Below are positions 24,401-37,700 of a DNA stretch of 64,000 nt, piece after piece. Source of the DNA: Ophelia neglecta (taxonomy: Eukaryota); NCBI GenBank assembly GCA_965285935.1, contig OZ260664.1, positions 48,050,001 to 48,114,000 on the forward strand, given 5' to 3'. The position numbers and the translations under genes were made by a program. Numbering within the stretch: position 1 is the stretch's first letter; every line of letters starts with the position of its first letter. The notes below the pieces were generated by a model. That model was not told where the DNA came from. It searched no databases and saw only the letters and a list, made by a program, of their open reading frames with translations.

Positions 24401-27267
24401 GACTAAAAATTCTTAGTACATTTTTATTACTTTGTTAGTACACTAGAGTGGACCAGTTTAACATATTTTACAGTCAATTGCATTTATATCAATTACACTT
24501 GAAGCATCACACCTACTCTGTTAAGGATTAACATGAGCACATCCTAAAAGTCTTTTCACTCAATGATTATCATATCAAGCATTGTCATTTGACTTCATAC
24601 TTTCAAAATGTCTTCAAATGGCAGCTAAATTTCTCCCACTCCTGATATGATGTTTCTAAAACTCACAAGAGTTATGCCAAATTTATCACCAACCCAAGTT
24701 TATTTAGACACTATGTGTGTTTTTCCTCGATTGTACTTAAATCAGGGGTTAATGCATTATTCACCCCTGCACATGGAGGGACACCACTGTCCAACACATG
24801 TGCTATTAGTTATCCCACCTGGCTTCTATGACTGATCACAGGCTGGCCGATTAGCATGTTATTGTTATGACAATTAATAAGTGGGCTAGATCATTCCCAT
24901 ATCAATGTTCACTTGCTTGACTAGATGAGCCATTGCAGAATTCAGGAGATAAGGGATACTGACTTTCCCAATCATGGTGTTGACCAGACTGTTTATTCAA
25001 GAACATACTATTCACAATGCAGTCCTGTTAGCCTTGATAAGTTTGTTTTGTTGGCTATGAGTCTGTTACCCAATCAGTCTAGATGACTTCGCAATTGCAT
25101 TAATGAATGAAACCCCACTTTCACACTGTAGGCCCCCCTAGTCCCCCAGAGCTGCGGTTCCATACACATAATGAAAGAAAGTAATTATGATGAAGTTAAA
25201 TAAAAAAGTTAAAAAAGTCAAAAAAGTCAAATTGTGACTTTTTTGTGGTGATTTACTTGATTTAAATCATGCCGGCCCTGGTAATGAAGCTACTAAACTC
25301 AATTGGATCCAGCACATATTCTGATTGGCTTATTTCCACTACCTGACAGTGACATTTTAAAACTGCCATCATTTCATATCCAATTTTGGGCATATATACC
25401 TGGTGTCACTTGTCAGAAATAAGTTACTTAGGGAAGTTCTGATCCAAATAGTGCCAACAAGAGTTGCCAGCAGGTCACAAGTAGTTCTTAGCCACTATAA
25501 AGTGCCTCCAGGATCTGAATGGAATATTATAACTCAAATGTAGACTTGTCGTCTTGTTTTTGTCTTGCTTCAGCCATGTATTTTTCAAAGTATTAAGTAC
25601 TAAGTACTTAGTACATTTCAAAAGTACTAGTACTAATACTAAATACATTTTAAAATTGGAGTACTAATACTAATACTAATAAAATGCAAAAGTACTAATA
25701 CTAATACTAAGTACATTTAAAAGTACTAAGCCCCAACCCTGAATACTTCGCTTTAAGTTCATGGCAAAGAAAAATCTAACAGCAATGCTGGTTATTAGTG
25801 ATGGGCCAATGATCTATTATAATCGAAAGCCGGTTGGTTAGCTGTACGAACCAAGCGCTTCAATAAAAAATCCACTATCGATTTAGTCGGTTCACAGTCA
25901 TTAATTTCTCTGTTTATATCAAGTGCCTTCACTTCTGTATGGCTGAATCAACTTCTCGCAGTTGCCATCTTTGTTTACCATGATACTCTTGTTTCCGGTC
26001 TTTCCGCAAACCTACTGATCCTAACCCCAGCAGAGGGCGGTTTCATCAGTGCTGGCCAGCTGTGACCAAAGCCACTGCGTTGCCGGCTTGTTACTGGTTA
26101 CTGAGTTTATTGGCGGTTTTGAGGATTTCTACATGCTAGCGAACCGATTATCTCAATCATCGATTGGTTTGTCTTAACCTATCATCGATTACGAAAATCA
26201 AACCAACTCCAACATCATAGACACAGACATTTACTTTGTTTGTAAATGTACCAAAACTTTCTCACAAAGAGGCCTAAGGTTATATGTCTAACTTACAACC
26301 CACAAAACCCAACGACACTTACTTGTACCAATGGTCCTCGTCACCATGGTCTTCCCGATCTGGCGAACCATAAACATTGACGGGGCTTTAACATCATACC
26401 AATCCTTCTTGGAGAAAGGATCAACACTGAAAATATTGTAGACATAAAAAAGATGAACCACACTTGTAATACAATTCTGGGGAATGTTAAACCTTTATTC
26501 TATGCTATCATACACATTAGACTCTACTTAACAATTTGTATTTGGAAGACAAACATAATGGTTTACATTGTTAATATCGCACCCGCCCTCCGCCCCCCCC
26601 CCCCCCCATTTCTTTAAGAATTGTGGTCACCATTTATGTGTTTTTAGCATCGGCAGATACAGCAGCTTTGAGTTCGGTCTTTTTTTCTTTCTTAGCGTCA
26701 TCTTGTTCATTTACACTTCTCCCGATCCGATCAGCCAGCCAACTTTAATCATTTAGCTCGGAGGCTTCAATGTACGTTTATCACTACGTTGGTCTAGTGC
26801 TCAGTACCTGCGGAAAGGGTGACCATTTACGCTCCCCTCGCCTTAGCCCCCCCCCCCCCCCCAATACAAGTTTTCACAACACACTCACATACACAGCTCC
26901 CATTAAGTTGGGGATAATAAACCAATAATAATAATAACATATTCACGTTGCGCACAACCTCCACTGTAAGAGTCCCCTAAAAGAAAGATGTCTCGTACCA
27001 AAATTAAATTAATATCAACTGAACTATGAAGGTGAATGTCAACATCAGTAATAGACAGTTCGGAATCCATGATTTAATAGCGGACTACATAACCTAAATT
27101 CATCGGTCAACATCGGAGACAGAAAAGGATAAGGGGGTGGTTATTAAGTCCCTGTCAATGTAGAAATGTATCTATTTTGTTAGTAAGCAAGTCGATTTTA
27201 CTTACATCTTCTTTTTGCTACCCTTTTTGCCTCCTTTAGACAGCCTCTTGTTCTTGCCGACCGCCAT
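21420..27267 (-). CDS. RPS3A: 40S ribosomal protein S3a (eS1), 7 coding exons, 264 aa
   Basis: Exons (minus): 27267-27206, 26426-26323, 23881-23694, 23523-23398, 23104-23022, 22200-22091, 21541-21420 (TAA). All introns GT-AG; total 795 nt, frame continuous. Translation [36 protein letters not shown]...[20 protein letters not shown]...[36 protein letters not shown]...[14 protein letters not shown] is clearly eS1. Confidence 0.98.
22410..22738 (-). mobile_element. Full-length tRNA-derived SINE in RPS3A intron 5
   Basis: Pol III A-box TGGCCTAGTGG at 22724-22714, degenerate B-box, body resembling lophotrochozoan core SINEs, short microsatellite-like tail. Flanked by 13-bp direct repeat GTACCAGCATTAG (22397-22409, 22739-22751). 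Confidence 0.75.
24265..25741. mobile_element. Non-autonomous hAT DNA transposon (1477 bp) in RPS3A intron 2
   Basis: TIRs CAGGGTTGGGGCATAGTAC / GTACTAAGCCCCAACCCTG; perfect 8-bp TSD AATACTTC (24257-24264 and 25742-25749); subterminal arrays of AGTACT/TACTAA at both ends; no transposase ORF. Confidence 0.9.
25796..26219. mobile_element. Degenerate hAT-like MITE (TAGTGATGGG start, ATCGAT subterminal repeats)
   Basis: Starts TAGTGATGGGC, with repeated ATCGAT/AACCGATT motifs near both ends; the right TIR is decayed. Confidence 0.4.
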
Positions 27268-27280
27268 GATTGGATGTGTA

Positions 27281-27294
27281 CGGGGAAAAGGAAG
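27281..27294 (-). promoter_or_regulatory. 5'TOP / TCT-type polypyrimidine initiator of RPS3A
   Basis: Minus strand reads CTTCCTTTTCCCCG 14-27 nt upstream of the ATG, the typical ribosomal-protein TSS/5'TOP tract. ETS-like CCGGAAG at 27326-27332 and local CpG enrichment. Confidence 0.8.
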
Positions 27295-29794
27295 TACGAG
27301 GTGCGGCTGCGTTGGAATACACTTTCCGGAAGCACCAACATACGGACTTAAGGACTACGGGATCTGGTTAAGGCTTCGATGGCTCTTATTAAAAAGGGAC
27401 AGGCACTTGAATATATTTATTGTTTCACTGTTTTTTTTGGTCTAATACATTATGCAGTATATTTGATGAAAATAGCTTATTATGATGTAAAACGAGCACA
27501 GTCACGAGACCCTCAACTTATATGTATCAGTATCGAATTTATCAAGTATCTACATTATGTTTTTATTTCCATGTGTTATAATGAAAAGAATTACAATATC
27601 ATTGCCTCAAATATAAATACATAAAAGTCTATTGAATTTCGATATTGAAAATGTTAAATTAAATCATAGTGGCTTAACTGGTGTAATGGATATTATTTTT
27701 TTCAAGAGTGAAAAGGATATACAATTTAATGAATACCTGGTGAATTGAATACAAATTATGTAATACCACTATTATTTTAATCGGTGAGCCCATGAGCTTT
27801 ATTGGCAAACAAATTTCTACAGCTTACTTTTGTTAAAATAAGACTAATAAATTACTTTAATAGCATTAGTGATTGACTTATATAATATTTATAAAAATTG
27901 TACTTCCTAAATATAAACTAAAATAGTCACCTTATAATTGCTCTCTAATTTGTTGGTTTGTTAACATAATATTTCTGTTCATGTACATATGCTAATTTAT
28001 AACTAATGTTGATATAAAAAGAGGTTTTGTTTTTGTTTTATACATTAAAAGATTATGGTGTAAATAAGATAATTAACAAATTTTCAGGTATTCTTCCATC
28101 AATTGTAAAAGTTTGCCCATGGACAGTCATGGATTAATTATAACAAATCTACTGGGATGCAATTTAAAAGAAAAAAAAAACATATTTCATAAGTGCTGTC
28201 TATTACACTTTAAAAGGTAAGGTTAATCACTGGCATTTTTAATTTAGTAAGAAGACAATATGGATTTCTTAAATGCAATTTCTTTATTGCTTTTTGCCAA
28301 TTGGCATGGTAAATTTACAGAACTCTTTTGTCTCTTAAGAAGTAGCAATCACCCACACTGCCAAAGTGACTGAAAATTAAATTCTTTACACATATCTCCT
28401 TACGAGAAATGCACAAATAACAGAAATATTATCAAATTATCTTACAAATTAATACATTTTAGTGAAGTAATTCTGACTGAAGACAATATTTGTAATGCCA
28501 ACTCCATTTAAAAAAAAATAATCTAGGCATCATGTCAATTTTCAAATATTTTCATAGTAGGCATGCGTCATAAAAAAAAAATCAAAAAATAAATTACATG
28601 AGAAAGGTGTGGAATGGCAAATTATGGGCAAACAAAATGTTCAAGCTAAGTGCAATCTAAAATCATCTGTTCAACCAACACCCTTCAAACACACTTCATT
28701 CTGTTGCATATCACATTAAAATTAACATATATACAGCTCAAAGTAAATATTGGTCCATCACAATTACAATCCAAATTGTGGAATTCAATCAATCAATTCC
28801 TTATGGTGCATGCTAGTTCTTTATGTACATGGAAGAACATTTTATTTATATATATAATACAACTAACTTGAAGCCAAAACATTACCATTCCAAGTACATG
28901 TATATGAAACATAGTGTAGAAGAGAATTATATATTAGAAAAATTACAATTTGACATAAGATAGTGAGAAAAGAAAAAAGTTCACAATCTGTCAATCACAC
29001 TAAATTCTACACCAACCCCTACACCCTTCCCCCGCTCCAACTATAAATGTCGTTGCTCAAAATACTGGAAATGGCCAGAAATGGTGAGAAAAGCAAGGAA
29101 ACAATTCACATGTTTTTACCTATCACATTTATTTTGGCCTTGTAATGGCATTACAATAAATCTCAATTTCCACCAAAAGTTAACCAGTCCATGTTAGACA
29201 TAAATATTTTCTTCCTGTCAATTTCACCCCTAATACTTTTGCACATCTTGTATAACAGACTTTTGCCCCACATTGTTGTAAAGGTAGTAGTTTAGGAACT
29301 GTGTGGCACACCATTCATCTCAATTTCCCAGACCTATATACTATGAGTGGAGTTGCCAGGCTACAGCAAAAACAAACTGGCATAGGCAATGAAGAATGGA
29401 CCCTAATTCATACTCCCCACATTTTTAAAAAGGGAGGGGTGGGGGAATGATGTGTGTTTGCTCAATCAAAATATTCATGTTTGGCATGCAGATCTATAGG
29501 ACTTAAGTTAGTTTGAAAAGATTAAATAAATAATCAAATGGCACTATCTCGGCTTCTCTATATATGCCTATGAATATTCTAGATCACTTATAAATATTGT
29601 TTATAAATTGATTTTAATTGATTAGCCCTGTCAGCTGATAGAAAATGGACTTGACAGGTTGAACACATTTTGCATATTTAACATGTACAAGTTCTAGAAA
29701 ACTGTAGAAGTTCATAAAAGGTCAAATTGTTATTAGGTATCTTAATATAAGCAAAGCTCACAGAAAAAGTTTCCAAGTGGTAATAGTAAAACAT

Positions 29795-29962
29795 TACTGT
29801 AAAACCCTTTAATTTTGCTGCCCTTTCAGAAGTATTGTAGAGTATCTACAATAGGTCTACTTTCTGGCTCAAATTTTAGCAAGCCTTTTAATTTTACTGT
29901 TTTGCCCCCCCTCATGTAATGTTCCAATTAAAGGTATCGCAAAATATAAGGGCTTAACAGTA
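29795..29962. mobile_element. TA-flanked Tc1/mariner-type MITE (TACTGTAAAA...ACAGTA family)
   Basis: TACTGTAAAACCCTTTTAATTTTGC ... GCAAAATATAAGGGCTTAACAGTA; related pieces at ~22755-22901 and ~11953-12032. Confidence 0.6.
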
Positions 29963-31778
29963 TATAGAATATTCTGAGATAAAACATACCAGAGAGATTA
30001 ATTTGTTTACTTAGGTACATTAAGAGTTCTTCAATATACATACACTATAAATAGACATGCTTATAAAGTAATGTGTGTGTTAATGTAATGTGCTCATCAC
30101 CAATATGCAATAACATAACGCAATCAAAATCTAACACAAATATAATATACAGCAATTAGGTGATGGCAATAAACATTGCTGCTTCTGTCAGCTACTAGTA
30201 TTTCCATGGAACAATTTTAATTTCCTAAAACAAAAGGAAACCTCCAACTCAATATATTTACCTGTTAATGAAATTACATATACCAGATGTGTTACTCTTC
30301 AGCATCAGATACAGGTGAAGAGAAGGTACATAGAACACTGAGGAAGCCACTCATTGCTACACATGTATACCCACGGGTAATGAAAGAAACGTGGATAGGG
30401 TGTTTTTTCACACAGAAACGCTATCTTCTAATCAATATAAAGACATAATTATAAACCAAAGGTGCATGAATTTTGTATGCCAACACAGCTACATATCACA
30501 TACATTTGCATGTAAAATTTATCACACACAAATAGGACAGGCCACATTTGGAAAAGCGGAATTTGCTCATTATGCAAAAGCTAAACACCCTGTCCCATCT
30601 TTATTATCCCATGAACAAGTGATTTCATTTAAAAATTAGTTACACTCCTCTGAAACCAGTCTCATGAGCAAAGTGGCCACCAAATATCACTGAGCTTGAC
30701 GAAAAATCCATGTGACATGTTTTGCACTAAAGGGCAATTCTTTTATATATAAAACTGGAGATCATAGAACCCACATAAGGAATATATGAGCTTTTCATTT
30801 TAATAGCACCAATTAATTCATTAGTTGATTAATTGATTCACTGACTATAGGCTCACTATGCAACAGGAATATTTAAAAAATCGTATTGATCTGTTGAAAA
30901 ACAAATCATGATAAATTTTTAGTCATATTACATGAATTAAGAGTTCTTATAGACTTCCCATCGTACTGGTCAGACCTCAGTAATAAATTCATTGTGCACT
31001 CATATGTTAAATTATATATTTATTTATATATTAATTTGGTTTTCAGACTTAACTGATATCTAGAAAAATAAATCTTCTACAAAATTAGGTTATTTGCATC
31101 AAAGCAAACATGTCAAATATAGCTCTACTTTGAATTAAATTTGACATGTACACCTTATGCACCTACTACCAATATTACTCAACTAAATATATACATATAT
31201 CACAATATGAACAAACACTTTCATCGTAGATAAAGTTCACCAAGCTGGTATATCTTGCACTCGAGACAAAAATCATTCTATTGTATGGCAATACCTGGCT
31301 GAGGTTCTTGGAATGATGTCCTTTTATGAAAGATTTACCATCCTAGAGAACAGATAACCATAGATGCACATAGACTGAAGCCAATAGGTTGGTTTGAAGT
31401 AAATCAAGACCTTCTTATACCCCAATTCAAGTAAACGACAATGACTTGATTCCACATATGGGAATATAAATACTATTGATAACAAGAAGCATAAAATGTT
31501 AAAAGCCTGGAGAAGCACAAATCTAAAAATAACTGTCATTTTCCAACTAAATTTGCAGTACTATTTTTAAAATCATTACCACAAATAGATCTTTAGTCAA
31601 CTGGTAATACATGTGAGTGGTCCCATAGACTTGACAAGAAGCACTGTTTATAGTGAAAGACATCTGCTTGTACTTGTATCAAACTTAAAATGACCCATCA
31701 CCCATGTGTTGGGTTAGTGCATGCTAATGCGGTATGTTGTAGTGGATTAGTTGAGTATAGCCTATGTATTTGATGAAC

Positions 31779-34700
31779 TCAAAGCTCGTCGTCAGAGCCT
31801 TCTTTGACATCCTCCTCTGTGCAATTAGTCTCATCTATGACCTCTGCCTGCTGTGTTTCCACCATTGAACCTAAAAGTCAAAGCAAATATTAAACACCAA
31901 CTGAAGATCTGACGCGTTCCCCACTTGAGGTTACCCTTCTAAACTGTAGTAAGTAGTATGTAAATGCTAGCACTAACCATTGTAATGTGATACTAATCTG
32001 ATGCGAGGATGAATCTACTGACTCACAAAGCAAACAGTAGATGCTCCCATCCAATTTAAACAGTAAGAAACTTAAGTAATGTTATTTGATAAATTAGACA
32101 AATTAATAAATTGTAAGAATAATCTACCTATATCTGCCATGTTTAACCTTGGTAGGGTCATCTGTTCTGGATATAACCAAGGCTTCAGGTGAGGACTATG
32201 TTTGCTCTTCCAACTGTCATACCCTTTACATGCTTTATGTACTTTTGACATCACCTGATATAAAACAAGGCTAAGTTACAAAAATATATAGGAGTCATGC
32301 TTAAATGTAAGACAAACTGGTTTTGATATTAAAGCAAATAAGTGAAAACTCTTAAAGCACAATTATTTTTCCAAATTGAAGTTAAAGCAAAATTTGCCAA
32401 ATTTATCGGCAAACAAATTTTGGATTGCCATTGATGGCCTCGCACGAGATCTAACCCTAGGAACAAAATAAACCTCATCGTGTGGCACAAGTAGAGAAAT
32501 TCCAAATTTTACAAACCATGGAGACCCATTGAAATAGTGAGGCAACCAATCCCTTTTTAAATTTTATCTACCAGAGTGAGTTGCGACAATTGCTTTAAGG
32601 GGTTCAAACTTTTATTCTCATATCAAAATGCTACATAGGCTTATTATTTATTTCATTTCATTTTCCTTTACTAATTATATTATCCAACTGTATGGATATA
32701 AAAATAAAGTATTTCTTCATGGGTCACAAGCCAAATGTGACCACTCATAAAATCAAGTGATTGTGGTCTTCTGAGAAAGGTGGTCCTTCGTAAGGGGTTA
32801 GATATTTAATAATGAGAACTGTTCCTTACTGCTTTATTAATTGCAAGTGCAACATTTTGGTTGGAGGTGAAGAATTCTGCATGGCTACATCAATATGCGC
32901 ATGCGTTTATAAATTATGAAGATTTTCTAGTCAAAACTGGGTGAAAAGAATTATTGAACACACGTCAGGGAAAAATCTATGCAAGCAGACAAAACCTAAT
33001 ATTTGCCATGAAAACATAAAAATGATTCAGATAAAAAGGGAGAGTGATGCATTAAGAAACCATAGCACTAAATGATAATTCCAACAATGCAATAACTTAA
33101 AAGTTATTATAGCAAAAATCTTGGTTTATTGAATTCCTTTGGTTAACAGACTAGGTAAACTGGCAAAGCAATGGCATACTGGTCTCTGACATCAATATCA
33201 AAACCAGAAAAATGATTGAAAAAAGATCTTGTTATGCCTGACATAGGCTGTGTACATATGGACAAAAGCGTTTGAGACTTTGAGTACTAAGATTGGCTAC
33301 TGCAATTACCATCAAGTAATGCAATACAGGATAAAAATAGTACTTAGTGCCAAAAATGTTTGCAAAACGTCTTCATTTATTTTGAATGGAGAGATAACTG
33401 TTTTTCTTACCTTGGGAGCAATCATCTGTGCAGCTTTGTTCACAATCCATACAGGTAACCGTCCTATAATAGATTTGACATGTTTTTATTGATTTACTAA
33501 TTCATTAATACTATCTAACAACTAAGTTTATTTGATTCTGAAGTATATATTAGCTAAATATTTATAAATGCATGCAATACTATTAAATTTATCTTTTGGC
33601 TTTGAGATGATTAATGATTTGGTATCTTAAGAAATGTTCTTACAGGCCATTTCATTAATCTTAGCAAGAAATTAATTAGATAAATTCTGATAATATAAAT
33701 CCCCTGTTCTAGTAGCATGACTTTACCTTTAGGGTCTGACTGTGTGAGATATGTGACCTCACAGCCTGGCTGATCACAGCGCTCATTTAATGGCAGAATC
33801 CAATATCCTGTAATGTATGATATACCCCGAACAAAGCCCTTCTTAGGAGGAATTGACTAGAAAGAAATGATAAGTGAATTACAAATCAATCTTTTGAAGA
33901 ATAAGGAGAAAGGACAAAGACACATTAATTTAAGGTCATTTTTTTCACAAAATGACTAGTAAGTAAGAAGTTGAATGATTTCTTAAATGTACTATGCGAT
34001 TTGCCAGGTAATTTTAAAAAATAAATAAAAAGGAAGTGCAGAAGTTAATTATTATAACATGCATGTAAATGCCAATTATCTTAAAGAACAAATGGTACTG
34101 ATAGTACTTTGATCTTGGTAGTTTCCTCAAGAGACTTGAGTAGATATATCATGTTAATAACCATTAAGGGTTCATGATATATCCAATCTCTCACTGCCAG
34201 AACTTATTACCATGTTATTTTTTCCTCCAACATTTTTTTTGGATATCAAGGTTATTTATAGAAAAATTTGGACAAAGGACACAAGTCTGGCCACTCTTAG
34301 ACTGTAATGTGGTAAAATATTTGACAAGTGTCACATTTCTGGCAAACAATCTTAGAATACTTACTTCATGATTGACAGAATGATTGATGATGAGGAATTC
34401 TCTGCCTGTGTCAAGCCATGATCTCTGTATTACAAAGTCTCTATTCTTTAATGGTTTGGGCGTTTTAACTGAAAACATAACATATATAATTCTTTTAAGA
34501 ACAACATTTGGTTCATTTTTTACACATTCAAATCTACAAATCTTCAGTACATTTATCCTTTAGTAATTTTGTTAGAATTGCCAGCAATGAACTCGGCTGG
34601 GGGCATACAGGGACAATTGTCTCCCGTTTCATGAATATGGCATAAAGCCAGCATATAAGGCACTGTTATCATGGTTATGGGCACACCACATGCTACTAGG

Positions 34701-37700
34701 TCACGCAGATTAATATATGGACTCCTGATTAATTTCAGGAAATCAATCTAGTGTTTGACACCTCCCACCTTTTGATATGGTCATATTAAAATGGATTTAA
34801 GCTACCTGCAGGATTAGTTTGATATTATGTTTAATATTGAAATGTCATTCAACCAAGTTTAGTAGTTATATGACAAAGTTTAGTACTTATATAACATGTT
34901 TGAATTTGAAAATGGAAATGTTCATATGAAGACAATCAATGTTCATGATTTTGCAATTTTATCATTTTGCAAGAATTTATTTCAACATTTCAATCTTTCT
35001 CATTAACACCTGAGAAAATTATTTGAAAATAAGTGTTTGTGGTTTTCCATGTTTTACATTTTAATGAATAATTTGTTGAGATTTACAAAAATTGAATAAG
35101 ATTGCAGTTTGATGTATTGAGGGCTAAGTATAATTTTCTAGATTATCCAGAATATAGTTAATATTATATTGCAAAATTCTCCAGAAAGTATTTACTAACT
35201 TTTATTGCTTATTAATTATTCTAGTGTATTTTGGTCTATTTTCTGTGCTTCCCGATTTTGTTTTGTAAGTATGTAAATGTATGTTATCTTATGTATGTCA
35301 ACCAATTACTTTGGATTTTGACTCTACATTTTGACTACCTATACCAACATTCATTTCTAATGTATCAGTACACCTGTTAAATATTTAGGATAATTGTTTG
35401 GATCTGTTTTTATCTTAAAAGTAATGGGCAGTGATAAGCTTCAAAATAATCTATAAACCTAAATGTGCTACTGGCCAGTTTTCAGTGGTATGAATTTCAT
35501 TCAAGGTCCAGATAGTTAATGTATATAATCATATTAAATTCCTAAACAAAGGACCAATAAAGGGAATTATTTTAGATTTCATAAATATGAGTCACATTTT
35601 TAGTACAATTTATTTTGTTGTTGTTTTAATTTCCCTGATATACATTCTTGCATCAGCAGACATGCTGATGGTGTTCACATGTCACTGTTATGAACATGCC
35701 CACGAGAACAAAATTACATACCAGCAGAGAGAGGCAAGACATGCCTTTAATCAGAGTGCATTGCATTATCCTTGATAGCAAGCAAAATGTGTTATATTCA
35801 TGGTCTCACCCTGCTGTTTTTCAACCATACTGTAGATAAAGCCATTATCCATGACAATAATATAAACAATATGAAAGCTGGACAAGAAACTTGGGCGCCC
35901 TATGATTCTGGATTACAGTTACTATGGCAACTAGGTTAAAGCATCATCCATAAATTCACCACAGGGCTTGACAGCTACATTTACAGCAGACATTTTCCAC
36001 ATTATGTGAAGATGCTGTACAGGCCTGTGACAAGGGGGGTGAGGGCAGGTCCCCCCCCCCCCCCCACCACGTTTGGGATAAATAGGGTTGACCATATGTC
36101 GTTCTATTTCACCCATGTATTGTTTTCAATATAGTGAGGATGCCTCAAGACACCCCCTCCCCCCCCCCCCCCACCACGTTTGGGATAAATAGGGTTGGCC
36201 ATATGTCATTCTATTTCACCCATGTATTGTTTTCAATATAGTGAGGATGCCTCAAGACACCCCCCCCCCCCTATCTTTGTGCATAAAAATGTCAAATGTC
36301 CTAAAATGTGACTTTTCTCTTTGAAGAAATGGCTACAGGCATAATGACATTTACATGGTCATCCACTGAATTAATGCTTACAAACAGCCAATATCATAAA
36401 GGATAAGAGTGAAAGACTTAGACAATAGTATAGCCTGGTGGAAAACGTGTGGACATCAGGCTGATCTGCACTCAGATCTCATAAGACTGACAGCCTTGGG
36501 TGGATGCAAACTACAACTGCAGAGTTATTGAATTCAATGAACAGTAGGTCTGTCAGCCGATGACGTCAATCTATGACATTCAGGTGCTGGCATGTTGATT
36601 TTGTAATATATTCAACTCTTCATTGGCCCAACATAAATAGTTGATATCAACCACACAATATAGATTATTGATCTTAGTGATAAAAATGCCTTCATTCCAA
36701 AATTATCACATGGGAATTTATTGACCCAAATGGTGCACAAAATACTGAAATATAGATCTTCCAATAACTAGAAATTTAAAGCAAATTCTGCTTTAATTGC
36801 TCCTAAGTGAAAAAAGAAAATGACTACTAGTTCTAGGTTGTCTTTTTTGTGTGTTTAAATTATTATGTCTGTGAATAGAAGACAGGTGATTCAAAACAAA
36901 AATAACAATTGAAATAGATAAAATAGAAACATAAATCAGTGCACAGAGGTCATATTAAGGATATGATTTGTGTATACATGTTGTTACTACAGTGTTACAG
37001 TGTATAAATCTATGAGAAGTTTTTCCTTTATTTTCCCCTTAATTTGGGATAGTTTTTGTGCAGATGAGGCAGGCTCATAGGACACAGTTTTACAGTAATC
37101 AATAGCCAGTTTTTTTATTGGAAAGGCACCTGATATTATGTCTGTCATACTATTTTGCAATAAAAGGCTGTATCCATAGAAGTAGGTGAATATCACTTCA
37201 ACATTCTGCTTTCATGGGCTTATGTCACTAGGGCATTCTGTCTTTCCCGGTCTTAGGTGTATATTACAGACTTATGGTGTAAATGAAAACAATAACAAAT
37301 AAAATAAACTGTACTCACGAGCATAATATCCTAAATCATTATTTGGATTTAAACAGCAGATTTCATATCCCTCTATCATATTGTTGTCCCATGTTTTTCT
37401 GTACTGTGGATCATGTAGGACGTCGTATAATAAACATGCTGAGATGTCTTTAAATGTTGCCCTTACCTAATAAGTAAACAATAAACAAACTATCAATGTG
37501 AGCACATATATGTACAATATATATACATGTATACAAATAAATTCATTGAAAGCAGGGAGGTAACAATACTATGATATCTATAGATAATGATTGATTATCT
37601 GGGCTGAAAGTCTAGTCGACATATTTGAAAAGAATTGTTCTGGGCCTGACTATTAAAAATTTGTTTAAAAAACTATGTGTTCTGCATTTAATTATGCCAT

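Noticed and set aside
27038-27114. CGATGA...CTGA box C/D-like cassette in RPS3A intron 1
   Set aside because: Non-canonical box C, flanks are direct repeats giving a poor terminal stem, and no rRNA complement I could recognise.
31779-31793. C-terminal DDEL as an ER-retention signal, or TGA readthrough/selenocysteine
   Set aside because: The protein has no signal peptide, the stop context TGA-G is not readthrough-prone, and no SECIS was seen.
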